Positions 1-13,018 of a stretch of DNA of 64,000 bases are shown here, in pieces (position 1 is the first letter of the stretch; each line of letters starts with the position of its first letter). This stretch comes from Dimorphilus gyrociliatus. Its lineage: Eukaryota; Animalia; Annelida. Location: positions 2,108,001 through 2,172,000 of the forward strand of contig CAJFCJ010000012.1 of the NCBI GenBank assembly GCA_904063045.1, read 5' to 3'. The position numbers were made by a program, and so were the translations under genes. The notes beneath the pieces were generated by a model. The model made no database searches. It saw nothing but the letters and a program-made list of their open reading frames with translations, and had not been told where the DNA came from.

Positions 1-236
1 GTTTTCGCATAATTCATCAAATAGAGATAAACTAATTTCTTTAATTCTATATTATCTGTCTGCATACAATTTACGACATCGGCAAAGAGGCCGCTGACAT
101 CTTTTCCTACTGTCATACTGGCAATAACCTTTTTTACGGCCTCTTTCTTTCGTTCCTTCTTATCACTGTTCAATTCAGCCTTTAATTCGAAGATCTCGCC
201 CTTTTTAGTAGTTGTGAAGTATTTGGAGTCCGTCAT
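1..236 (-). CDS. AP1B1/AP2B1: AP-1/AP-2 adaptor complex beta subunit, 5' end (runs off the window)
   Basis: Reverse complement from ATG at 236 reads [78 protein letters not shown], near-identical to the known beta-adaptin N-terminus. Absent from the ORF track because it is truncated by the window edge. Confidence 0.97.
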   Translation of the reverse strand, partial: MTDSKYFTTTKKGEIFELKAELNSDKKERKKEAVKKVIASMTVGKDVSGLFADVVNCMQTDNIELKKLVYLYLMNYAK

Positions 237-868
237 TTTGTCTGTTGATGTATAATTTTATAGAAGAGATGGAAATTATCAATTTGACAAACGCCCACTT
301 TTATATTAAATTAAAGTGAATCGTCAATTTTTTTACAATATTTAAATGTAAATATTTTTAAGAAGTCGTAAGATTCGAATAAATAACTAATATTCAATTT
401 ATATACCTGCAATCGGCGATTTCTATTAAAATTATTCAAATTCAGTCACGAAATATGGAGACAGCCTTGACCTTCTAGATTCGATTTGTTGTAATTTTGA
501 CCGGTTCCTACAAAATATAGTGGAATATAGAGAAGAAAAAAAACCGGTTGAACCGTAAAAAAAATTTCGTTAATGAATATTTAAACAATTGAAAATATAT
601 GCGAAAAAAATCAATGAAAATTAATTAATTAATTAAAATAGTTAAAATTAAGTAGAACAATTAAAATAAAGGAAAATAAGAGGGAAGGAAGGAGGAGAAG
701 GAAAATAGATAACTGAAAGGAAGAGAAAGAGAGAGGGAGAGAGAGAAAGAGAAGGAGAAGGAGAAAGAAAAAAATCAAAGGGTAAATTAAATAGTTATTC
801 TCTCATTAAGGGTAACATAAATTTGAAATTTAAATAGATGCTATGTTTAAAAAATATCCCTAAAAGGA

Positions 869-2168
869 ATGTTATTGATGTTTTCTTTCGTACTTTCTTC
901 ATATATCCTTCTCATTGAAGTTCAGCAAATTTCTTCTCATTTAATTAATAATTATAAGTCAGTAAGAATCGATAAAAAGGATCCTTTAAAGCAAAATAAA
1001 CATAACTTTCGTAATGTAAATGATCATTGTCTTTGTGTAGATGATGAAAGAATGTCAGGAAAAGGTAAATTTGTAAGTTTATTTATATAATAAGGATATT
1101 TAAATGATTGTATATACTTTATATACTAATATATATATATATATATAGGTTTGTAGCGAAAATATAAATAGGCCTGAACTCGTAGATTACATCCATCCGA
1201 AAACTTGTCAAGACATATCGAATGTTAAATTTATTCATATTCAAGTCTATTGTTATTTCTATGATGATGAATTTTCCGTTGAACTCTTATTAAATAGATT
1301 TGTTCAATTAATTGAAGTGTTCTATTGTGTCAAGGCAAACATTAAGTTCAAAGGTCGAGTTGGTTACGAAAGAGATTTTCTCGTTATTTTACACGAGACA
1401 CTTCGTCTTCCATGCGGTTTACAAGTGTTAGGCAATTTGAATATCACTATTGTCAATAAAAGATTTACTTTATGGGCTGAAGAAGTGGTCGGAAAATTGA
1501 AAGATCAATCCCGATTGGTTGAATTAAATATCCGTGACATAACAGAAGCTTCCCATTGCGAAGGTGTTCAAAGCACTGCCGCCGAGAAATTTCACATTAC
1601 ATTTAATAATAACGACTACCTTAATGGTAGGAATAGATTAGCTATCTACACAAACTTAATAAGTAGGTCGTACGAAGATTCATTAAATAAATATGGAACA
1701 TTAAGATTTGCAAACGAAGCTCATCTACTCCTCGATCTTACGAATACAGACGACGTGTTAACAGCTTTGCAAACGGGTAGGGTCACAAAAAATACTCGTA
1801 ATATTGCATACGTAAAGATTATAGATGTCTCTACTAATCCAATAGGTAAATGGAAAGCTCAGAGATTTTTATTTAAAAGTTGCGCTCAAGTGGCTCTACT
1901 CTACGATTTAGAAAGAATAAAAAAGGCAGGTTCGAGTGTAGGTTTTCTTGTCAATTGTCCCTTGGATAAAAGTCATCCGTTAAAATATGCGGAATTTGAA
2001 GTAGGCGATGGTTCTAAGATATTCGGTACTTGTTGTTCAGGTTTGAATATATTATCAAAGGATGAAGGTATTATTAAAAAATGTGTGACGAAGCATAAAA
2101 AACGATTAGAAATACTTAAAAACAAAGTTTGTCTGGGAAGTGGTGAATATTTATATGAATTATTATAA
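869..2168 (+). CDS. Orphan, probably secreted Cys-containing protein (~378 aa)
   Basis: Phase-consistent GT-AG model: exons 869-961, 1041-1064, 1149-2168. Hydrophobic N-terminus MLLMFSFVLSSYILLIEVQQISS. Last exon is open for 340 codons in AT-rich DNA. No family recognised. Confidence 0.7.
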
Positions 2169-3937
2169 AAGGGAAAATATTAGTGTATTAAAGTATATTA
2201 AATGTTGATAATCTCTATTAATAAATAATTTTCAATTAATTAATGAATTAAAGGAAATGGTTGAAATATAGGAGCAATTTCCTATGTTAAGAATTTCATT
2301 TACTGTTAGTAAAGTCATTCACTTTCGGTAATCCAATTAGCGATATATTAAATACTTAACGCCTATTGAATATTCATATTATTATTATTCACTAAATGCT
2401 TCAACCATTCTGAAGATGCTAATTTAGAAGAGAACGATGTAGGAGAGGAGAAAAGTGCTAAATGACGCATATGCGATAGTTTGGCAGAAATTCCAACCTC
2501 TTCATAGTCAATTGACTCCTTCGCGCGGTTGAATTTTCAATAGCGGTAAATACATATCCAAAGTAAAGGTAAGGAACTACCAGTTTATCTAAGTAGTTCT
2601 ATATAATAGAAGCAGTTATATTTGTGAAAGTTTTTGTTTAGAAATCCTTTCGGTAGTGTTTTTCTTTTGAAGGTTCAAAGATGAAATTGACTTTCAAAGA
2701 AGCGCTTTCGTCTTTCAAACGATGGGCATAGATCCGGAAACTTTTGACAAAAAATTGAGAATCTATTTAAATCTTTATCTTCTCTATCTACAATAGGTTG
2801 AATAGTCATTAAGTTACAATTTATAGGCAGATTAAGGACTGAGTAAATATTTTGGGATATTTTAATCTCTTTTCCTGTCCTAATCCAGTTGCTTCTAGGT
2901 GGCGTTACTTTGACAATAATTGTATAAAAGTATAATAATAATAATAATAAAATAATAGTAATACGATTGCGCTATTGTAGAATGAGAATATGATTTTAAA
3001 CGACCCGGAAATAGTTAATGCAGCATTGAATATTTTGATTTTTTTAGCATTCTGAACAGTTTTATTACTTGAATGCATAAGTTCCTTTCTTTTATTGGTG
3101 GAAAGTTGCCAAAGATATAAAGTAGAACGGAAAGGAATAAAAAAAGTTGTGTCAATTTGGCCGTCTGCTTTTTAAGTTATTCTAAGACTTTTTACATAGC
3201 GAGAAACGACAATGTGACGTAAGAACTAAAGAAAGAACACGGCGGATTGTTGTATTTGTAAACGTGTCTCTCTGTTTATTTTATCCTTTTTTAAAGGATA
3301 ATAGGATAGAAAGATGAACGATGGTTTATTTTGACCTCTTTTTTTAAGTTCTACCCTTGCTTTTCAAAAATTTCTTATCTGCTTTCATAAAAGGGAGAGG
3401 AGGGCGTGTCTTAATGAAAATAGGGCGGGATTGACCGAATGTACCCTTCTCATATATCTCAAGTATTATCCTCTCGAAGAAAATTAGGCTGACCGTCTGT
3501 TGTAGAAACTCGAAAGAATTTGTAACAAGATTTCCTCTCCTCTCTACCAATTCATTTCTCATTACAATTGTGCCAATTATGGCTTTTTCATTTGCCGAAG
3601 AGGAAAAGTATGGTTTATTGAGCAATGGAACAAAACAACATAAAGTATAAAGTAAGGATAAGTAGAAGGAAAAAAAGAGAAGGGGTTGTAATAAAAAAAA
3701 TTGCCAACTGACAAGTTCGCCCGTAAACATTCCTTTGTCAGCGAACGCGCCACTTTTACGACGCGTATAATGCTTTAATTAATTCGCAATTCATCACACT
3801 ATTGACCTATGGGCGTTTTTCAATGGCGCTCTAAACAACCAATCAGCTCTTCCCTACAGAAATTCTTCGCGAGCGCTAAAGTCTACTTTCCGCTTTTGAC
3901 ACTAAAGCCTTGATAGACGCTCTTCAAACACCTAACC

Positions 3938-5843
3938 ATGGAATCTAACCGGTGTGATTGTGAGTGTTGTTTTCTATAATATTTATTCAATTTAGTGGAT
4001 TTTTTTGAATTAGCCGCCCCCAGATTAATCTTATAAATAAATAAAGCTTTATAATTTTCTCTCTTTCTTCTATTTCACAAGTCTCTCTTCTCTAATCTCA
4101 CCGCCAGTGCCTATCTGTTTATAAATATATATATATATATATTTTCTCTGTTATATGTACGTATCTAATCTCTCTCTATCTGTCTATTGATAGAGATAAA
4201 TTAATTACCATTTTACTAATCCAAAGCGTTGTTTTAGTCAATACTTGAAAAGTTGAAAAGAGCGTCAATTTCAAAATCTAGCGTAAGAATAGTTACGCGA
4301 CTCGTCCACAATATATTCCGTTTTTCTTTATGTTGAAAGCGTTAAAAACGATCAATTCTAATTGCTATGCAATTTTATGCAAATTGAATACATTAGACAT
4401 AAAAAGAAGTTACGTAACTGTCGTTAACCGATAGGAATTATTGTAGGGAAAAGCGGTCCTTATTAAATTGTCGTTATGAATACAAGCGAATAGAGGTAAT
4501 ATTTTAGTCTAGTTTTATTTAAATGCCATATGCCCCCCTTCTCCCCGCTGATAAATATTATCTTGTTATTAATTCTCCAATTAAAATATAGGCCTAATCG
4601 CTAGATTAATTACAATTGATAATAAAAAGAATAGAGAGATATTCAATTAAGAAAAGAAAGTTGAACATTTTGTAAAGAAGATATATATATATATATAAGA
4701 TTAAAAGTAGACTTTCTTTTTTCAACTAATAGTTTATTATAATGTTGTAATAGCGATTACGTAATCGTTCTTATTTAACTCCGATTCTAGTCTCATATAA
4801 AGATTAGGAAGGTTTCTTTCGTTATTTTTTATAGCGTGTAATAAAGTCCGCAGGGACAACTAAGGGTGTTATGTTTAATATTTCCCTTCCGCCTTAGGGA
4901 AAGAAAATTAAATAATATTTGTAATAATAAAAAAAAGAAAAAGCATAAAAGTAAAAATCCCATTGAAATGAACTTGAAGATTTTTTGAACCTAATTTGAA
5001 CTTTTCTTAACCAAGCAGCTGTTGTCATTGTTTTGATTATTGTAGCAGATTTAACTGAATAGGAATAGGATAAATACTCATAAGAGGATTAAATTCTTCT
5101 CCATAATTCTTAATAGCTATATATTATAAAAGGCAAAGATTTTCCCTGATTATATTACTCTTTTGTCGACGTACAGGTCTATTTCTATTCCGTTCATGTT
5201 TACATATTATACGGGTTATGTGGGTGAGAAAATTGGTGAAAATAATCGTAAAAACACTGAAAAAGAAAGAGAAAAAATTGCATAGAAACAGAGTAATAAA
5301 GTTGAAAGATTTGAAGAAAATTTAGCTTCATATTATAGATGAAAGGAAAATACTTGAAAAGCGTACTTGAACGATTGTATACTTTCAAGTATACCAACCC
5401 TTTTGGTTGATGAGTTTAAAGGAAAAACAGATTGCAACCGCCATAATATTTGAATATAGAATTTTCAAGTATTTTATTCTTTATTCATCGAAATTATATA
5501 GGTTACTATCAATATCAAAGTTAAATATCTTAGTTATACTAATAATGTTAATATGATGTAATATGACAATTGGACCGTGTAATTGTTAGTGACATTGATT
5601 TTTGCTCAAACCTAATTCATCTTTTGTGCTTGTAATAGGATGACACCTGTTTCTTCCTTTTTTTTTATATCCCTCCCCATCTTTCTTGCCTCGCCTCTAT
5701 CCGTCCCTTCCTCCAATCCCCACTTTCCCTTTTCTCCTTATGACGTTTATTAATGGTCTGAATGTAAAAAGTGTAATTGATTAGAGTTGCCGCAAGATAT
5801 TACTATTGACAATATACTGTATATATATTAGTGTAAACATATA

Positions 5844-5892
<49 letters not shown>

Positions 5893-6986
5893 AGGCTATA
5901 AAGGTCATTGGCGGTTAAGAAAACGATTTTTGAAAAGACGGAAATAAATGGAACAAAGCGACCGTGAATGGCGGAAGCGGTTTATGAGCGTATCTAATCG
6001 GGCGAAAGGCGATTTCAATGCAGCTGTCCACCATTTAATATCGGCGTGAAATGGCGTTGATAGCGACACGTGTCTTGTTTATACGAGAGATTTTTTTGTA
6101 TTGTCAAGTGTCGCAGGTTCACACCTGTTAATCTCCGTTGAATATATGTGGTTTTATTATATTTATATTATCATCTTTTAAAAGCTTCTCTTAATTTGTA
6201 ATTTTTTACTAATACCTATCATAAAAAATAGATTTAGAGGAATCTTTGGAATTGTAGTTTTATCATTTCTCTCGCTCTCTTTCTCCTTTTCATATTTATT
6301 GATTTTTAGAATTATTTACATTTTTTTCTTTCTTTGTTTTTTTTTTATAAAAAAAACATTTATCAATTTAAGAAACAAATTATAAATCGATAAATAATGA
6401 TATAATTGCGTTAAAAAATTCGTCATTAAAACTTTGGTTATTGTTTAATGACTCGAAAGTTAAATGAAAACAACCGAATTTGTCAGTCTGTCCGTATTCA
6501 TTCCCTTTACTTGCCGAACATTTTTCAAATTGCTTACACTAGGGTTGTATAAAGGGCATATTAGGCCGATTAATAACAATGGTAGAAGAATAAAAAGAGA
6601 GGAAGTGAAGGATAGGGAGGGAGACGGCGAGAGAGAGAGAGAGAGAGACGAAGAAGAAAAAGATGAAAAGATTTTAAGATATAAATGTTTTTTTTATAAC
6701 CACAAGAATTTATTTTTTAAATAAAAGCATATTCAAGAGAAGGAGAGAAGAGAAAGAACGAATGAAAGTAAAGACAGATAATCTTTAATCTTGCTATGAA
6801 AGGGATACAAGAAATATTTGAGAAAGCCTATGTGTTGGCAATATAACACGATTAGCAATGTTTGTTTGACTTTCACACCTATTCTGATCGGTTTTGTTAA
6901 AATCCGAATGACGTTTAATTAAATCATTGCAATATCTTTTCTCTCTTCTTGTTCTTTTCTTTATCAAAGTGATTAAGTGAGTGAAC

Positions 6987-7019
<33 letters not shown>

Positions 7020-8974
7020 GGGTGAAGAAAGAGAGAAAGATAATCTATATTATCCTATTAACATATCTAAAAATAATAAAGAAAAGCAACTAATTATGTC
7101 ATAAATATTGATTTTTCAAACGATGAACTATAGGTAACTTAATATTTTCGTATTTATTGTGATCAATATGATAAATAGCCGATGATTTCTTACACGACCC
7201 ATTCTTATATTTCCGCCACTTTTCGAATTATAAATAAAAATTTTTACTTCTTAGATCTTTGCATTGCAAATTCAAATAAAAAACGGAATGACTGAATGAC
7301 TGAATGACTGAATGATTGATTGATTGATTGAATGAATTAAATGACTAAGAGTGAGAAGATATACGTCTTAAATACATTAGGAATGATAATGAAGAAAGAT
7401 GATATTATGGTTTACAATCATTGAAGTAGATCTAAAACTTCATAACGATTAATCTTTCGAGAAGAGGAAAAAAGTAGGGATAAGGGTTGATTTTGCCTAA
7501 TACGTTTTTATGTTCTTTTATTGTATCGAGTGTTATAAATCATATTTTTGGCTGAGTTCTCTTTCTTCCCTTGACTGTATTGCTTCAAGTGAATAATTTT
7601 AAATGTAAAATGCAATTATCATTGCTATAAGATTATTTCATTACAATCTCTATTAAAACAAAATTCCAAGCGTCTAATTAACGCTGCTTTAATGAATATT
7701 AAACGAATTACACAAATTCCTTTTCCGAAACCTATGGCGCTAACCGAGACTGAACTGTTTTACCGTAAATAAAATGTTTTTTTTTTTCTCCTCTTTAAGA
7801 TCGACGCCCCCATTCGACGCCTTTAACACTAAAATGGTTGGAAGAAAACTACGAATTGGCGGACGGAGTATGCATACCGAGAAGTACGCTCTATGTACAT
7901 TATTTGGATTTTTGTAAAAGGAACGGCTGCCAGCCTGTAAACGCCGCTAGTTTTGGAAAGATAATTCGACAGCAATTCTCAAGGATTACAACCAGGCGTC
8001 TAGGAACTAGGGGTCAATCCAAGTCAGTAATCTCAAACTATGCTTAATAATAAAAGAATCGTAACGTTTTCTTTTATTATTCTAATTTAAGGTACCACTA
8101 TTATGGAATAGCAGTTAAAGAGACGTCATGCTATTTTGAACCGTCATTTTCAAAGCGTCAACCACAGCTAGCGAACACAAACACAAATCAAAATGGGCAT
8201 TGTAAACTTCAACCTGCTAATCAACAAGTTTTAAAACCGCATAATGTTCAACAAACAATGGCGAAAGATAGGCAGAAAACTCTTTTAGCCGAATTTCCAA
8301 CTGTCAGTGAAATGAAGTTACCACATGGTATTGAAAGCGATAAATTAAGTACTCTGTTGATAATGTACAGGACTCATTGTCAACGGGTTGTCGACACAGT
8401 AATTAGAGCCAATTTTGACGATGTTAGGTCTTTTTTGGTTCATTTTTGGCAAGGATTCCCGTCTCATATGGTAGATCTTTTAAAATCTGATTACGTTGTT
8501 ATGGTATTAGCCGTTTGCGACGGCCTAGTGTATCAAAGTTTGGCAAAAATACTTGTACCAACTTTGACCAACCAACTGCCAGAAAGTCTCGTTCAGGCTT
8601 TAGCCAATTTTGCCGATGACTTTGATTCCTGCTTACAATCCGCTTTAAGAGGATTACCTTCAACACTTTGCAGTACGAAATTAGAACGTAAGAATTTTCT
8701 TGAATATAAAGAAAATCTTTTAAATAAACTTTTCCAAACCAATACTATCCTTTCATAGTCGCCGCACGATTCGTTGCCAGCTTAAAGACACGTATAACCC
8801 TTTGTGAACTGTGCCAAGCTGCTAGGGCTATAACCAATAACGGCGAAATAGTTAATCAAATGATGGACGATTGGGCCGATATAGACGTAAGCGCCATCTG
8901 TGAACAAGTATTATGGATGTCAGGGGTGAATTGTAATAGAGAATCCCTAGTCTTTTGTAAGTATTTATTAAGAG

Positions 8975-9031
<57 letters not shown>

Positions 9032-9658
9032 GTTTATTAGAAGCTTTTGTTAGAATGATTTTAATGAAAGCAAACTTTTACAGTGTGCGGAGAATTTGAG
9101 GAGGAGTTGTTAGAGGAACAAGCACCTTTGGAGACGTATGTCAGCTGGTTGGATAATGTTATAGAGAGAACCGTTAAAGAGAACAATCTGTCCCAATTTG
9201 CCTTAGTATGGAATGTTTTTTGTACGAAAGTTTTAAGAGAATTAACTCTGCACTCGGCGCCATCTTTTGGCAGTTTTCATCTTTTACATATATTAGCCGA
9301 CGACTATGTAAAGTATAAGCTAGATAATATAAGAGATGAGAGGAAAATGAAAGATTATAATCAGGCTCTTAAGAGCGGATGTGTACCAGAAAAGTTACTT
9401 CCAATGCCGAAAATAATGGAAAATCCTAATCAGACGAGAGATTGTAATGTCGAATGGCATAATTCGCAATACAATAATCACGAAGTTGATGGAAATCAAG
9501 TTGCCAATACTCAGTGGGTAGATTATGGACATTCAGCATTTTCTATGACCCAAAATATGTTCAATTTTTACGATTATGACCAATGGAATGTTGCAACGGC
9601 GGCACCTACTCCTCCAAGCTGTAGGCACGATGCAGGGGCAGTTTATTGCAGGCCTTAG
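3938..9658 (+). CDS. RFX4: RFX winged-helix transcription factor, RFX4-like (~537 aa)
   Basis: Exons 3938-3959 (less certain), 7800-8022, 8092-8687, 8759-8956, 9084-9658; phases are consistent. [39 protein letters not shown]...[34 protein letters not shown] is RFX4-type. B/C and dimerisation regions follow ([22 protein letters not shown]). Confidence 0.93.
5847..5889. repeat. (TA)n microsatellite, one of many in the window
   Basis: Directly visible dinucleotide run in RFX intron 1; similar runs at e.g. 12443, 26755, 37150, 47810, 56940. Confidence 0.95.
7286..7336. repeat. Compound GAATGACT/GATT short tandem repeat
   Basis: gaatgactgaatgactgaatgactgaatgattgattgattgattgaatgaa in RFX intron 1. 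Confidence 0.9.
8978..9028. repeat. (AG)n microsatellite in RFX intron 4
   Basis: Pure AG run; explains the spurious RERERE stretch in the ORF track. Confidence 0.95.
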
Positions 9659-10019
9659 AGAAAGTGCTATCACACAATTGTTCGTCTGTAATTATTTTAA
9701 CCACAATTATCACCACCACCACCATCATCATCATCATCGATACTATATAATCATAAAACGACTGTTTCTTATTATTAATTTGTTTTTTATTTAATAATCA
9801 AAAGAAAGATGAAAAGAAGGAAGTAGAGAAAGAGAAGAAATCAAGCAAGTTGTAAATGTTCAGTTTTGTTTTTTTTTTTGTTTTTATCAAGTTTTTCCCC
9901 AGAGTTTTTGCTCTTAAAATAAAAAACCTACAAAGCAGGTTAGATGCGGAAATAGACGTCCATTGGTTTCAACAGTAAACATTTATTTAATATACTCCAA
10001 TGACAAACTAAGGTTTACT

Positions 10020-10980
10020 TCATCGAATGTAAAGATTTTTTGTAAGAGTTGAAATAATTCTTGGCGCTTCAAAAGTCTCTTGATCGGTTTTTCTTGTTTG
10101 TTGAAACAATTGCGTTAGTATATAATTGACATACGTAAACATTGTCAATACATCATGAGAATTACGGTACTTCTGAAAAGAAAATATTCAATTTTTAACA
10201 AATATAAATGATAATAATTTTAATTGTTACATTAAAAACAAAGATAATAGCTTGTATAAACCATGAACCAGCATTATCATTATTTTGTGATATTCCCCAA
10301 GGCATAAATCCAGGTATAGATGAGTGTGCGTAAACGAAATCTGCCATTGTAGGAATATTTTTTTCATTCAGACTTGAAAGATTCCTTTTTTTTTTTTTAG
10401 GAAATGTATTCCCGTCAGTTTCCTCAACACCAATTTTTATTGCTGGACAGGCTTGAATGATAAATAGTTTAGGTTTTCCGCAAAGTACTGAACAAACATC
10501 TCCCTTTAACAATTCAATTAATTCTTGAATTTCAATAGGACCGTCTGTACCATAGATTGTTTCATTTTGTCCATAAGACAATAAAGCACAGCCAAAGACG
10601 CTAACGGGATTTTTATATTGAGTCTTTACGGATACGTCTTTTAAAATTTGTTTCATTTCCGTTGTAGTCTTATTGTTATGAACTTTCACGTTAAAACCAC
10701 AAGCTCTAAGTTTCATTTTTAGATTGATTTTATCGTACTCCGATTCTTCTCTAGATGGCAATCTTAAATTTTTTTTGAATTCCATATTGTTTATAATGAT
10801 AAAATGCCTGCCATCCTGGCTAGTTCCGTACTCTTCTTCGATAGTTTCAGACCTAAAAATACATTGTGAAAATCGGTTGATGTAAACTAGACCTTCCTCT
10901 GAAAAGTATTAACCTTCGGCGATTAACATCAAAATACTCCTGTTGATGACCCGCCATATTTCTGTAAAATCCTGTATTAA
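10020..10980 (-). CDS. Caspase-family (C14) protein, p20/p10 core, probably catalytically inactive; N-terminal exons unresolved
   Basis: Exons 10914-10980, 10231-10852, 10020-10172. Motifs: FIIINN.EF, LLSYG (for SHG), KPKLFIIQACPA (for QACRG), ADFVYAHSSIPG, GSWFIQ, P.IISTLTKNLY. Confidence 0.9.
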
Positions 10981-12810
10981 CTAAAACGAAAGAAGGAAAT
11001 AATAAAAACGGGTAAACCGATTATTCATCAAAAATGAAGTCTCTCTGCATATTCAACATGTTATATATTGTGACCGCTGTTTATTGGTCTATTCAAATAT
11101 TCGCATAGAGCATGTTGTAAAAGAATGCCATCTGGTGTTTTATAACATTTTCTGTATAAAAATGCTACTTATACAGAGTATATAAATGTATATAACATAT
11201 ACTGTATATAGTAGGTAAAGATATTATGAAGTGAATGGATAATAATAGTTCCTACTCGACAAATACTTCAATATTACGGTATTTTCAAACGTTTCTATTA
11301 GAAAATGAATGAAAATATTAATGATCGAGGCATATAGGAGTAAACAATATTTTTTTTCATTTTTTATATATTAGTATACACTCTATAAAAGGAGAATTAT
11401 CAATTTTTCCTTCTTTACTTGTTCGTTGTCCGTCAAACCTCTTACTTATACTTTCAACCAGTTTAATTGTAAGTTTTAAAGTGAATATTATATATATATA
11501 TATATATCGGCTATATGTAAATAGAGACAGTAGTAAGGTTTTATACTTTGATTAACCTTTCCATTTCTCTATATACTGTATAAACTTGCACAGTATTTCT
11601 ATATCGTTCATTAAATTGTTTAAAAGATTTCTTCTTCTTCTTCTTCTTCTTCATTCTAAAGATTTTAAATCATTAAAATAAAGGATAATCTAAGTGCAAA
11701 AAGAAGGAAATGGAGTGTCGAATATTTTTCTTTCCAGGATAATAAAAGAGAAGAAATCTAATTAAAAAAGTATTGAAGAGAGAAAGAAGAGAATATATAC
11801 AGTATATATTCAAATTTTAAGCGTCTTTAATCTATTGAACGTCTATTTTTTTTATTTATAAATTAGTGCAATATGACTAAATCATTCTTCGTTTAGAAGA
11901 GATTGTATATAAGAAAATGGGGAATAGACTACAAATATCATAAGAGAGCTACTTACTAGGTTATAATGAAAAAGTTGTATTTTCTCTCTTTGAAATCATT
12001 TAGAAATTCCATCGGTGGAAAAAGTAAAAAGAGAAGAGAAAAAACGAAGCAATTTTACGATTATTGAACGATATTCCATTGAAAAACTTGTCTAACAATG
12101 ACAAACTTTTAGAACAATAAAATCATAATTCGTTGTACATAAAAGAATTCTATAGTTATAAGGTAAAGTTTAGCGATTTTTATTAAACACAATCCTTATC
12201 CTTTGAAGACTTGTTTATCTTAAAATAACAAATTTTTACAATTTGTAATATAGAGAAGTTAAAAATTATTATTATTAAAAGAAGTAGAAGTAGAAGAAGA
12301 AGAAGAAGAAGAAAGGATAAATAAATGATAGAAAATTCGCAGGTATAGTAAAAACTAGGGAAAAAGTGATGTAAATATATTTTTATATAAGAATTAAGGT
12401 GACTTATATATAATATTAGTCATAGCATATAATGGAGGTATATATATATATATATATATACATATAGATTGTACGTTATTTATACCTGCGCCATCTTTCT
12501 TTTGTCTTATAAATTGGTATATAAAACAATAAGAAATTCAATTTTTCGCTTCTATCTAACTTTCTCTCTGTTTTTCCACTGTTTTCTCTTTCTTTACCTT
12601 TAATTGTTAATGAAAATTTAATGCTTTTTGTGTGGATTTTCTTTTGCTTATCTCCTTTTCAACAACTTTCGCTTAGTTGTTTTTTGATTTTTCTTATCAA
12701 AAAATAACTTTCAACAGTTTTGAACTTGTAAAATATCGTAAACAAGGTTTTCTTCCCTTTAGGTATGTTTTCTTATTCTTACCATTATATCTAATCAGCT
12801 TATCAAGGTG

Positions 12811-12824
12811 CGCTAGATGGCGCT
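12811..12824 (+). promoter_or_regulatory. CTCF-like motif upstream of the G-alpha gene
   Basis: CGCTAGATGGCGCT resembles the CTCF core (CCACYAGRKGGCRS); a second inverted copy GCGCCATCT lies at 12488-12496. Confidence 0.5.
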
Positions 12825-13018
12825 TCTTTCGTAAAACACACTCATAAATCGAGCGACCCTGAACAAGCACAGACTTTCAAATTTTTCCAGAGAGCTCTTT
12901 CGATTTTCCCCTAGTCAATATTGTATATAAAATTACCGACTTAACCTTGTTTTAACAGAACTTTTCACGTAAAGATGAAGCATCTCTAAAACTGTATAGA
13001 AAATAAAAAAAAAACCTA

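Noticed and set aside
3344-3730. 128-aa minus-strand ORF divergent from RFX4
   Set aside because: The hydrophobic start derives from a T/C-rich tract, no homology is recognised and no convincing exon chain was found; it may be non-coding antisense transcription.
6464-6724. 86-aa ORF in RFX intron 1, and many similar F/L/S-rich or R/E-rich ORFs (e.g. 26735-27087, 47254-48125, 50524-50901, 57109-57312)
   Set aside because: Products of poly-T, (CT)n, (GA)n or (TA)n low-complexity tracts.
11957-12012. Candidate first exon for the caspase (MEFLNDFK..., strong donor)
   Set aside because: Its phase creates a stop with the candidate downstream acceptors I tested; could not be linked.
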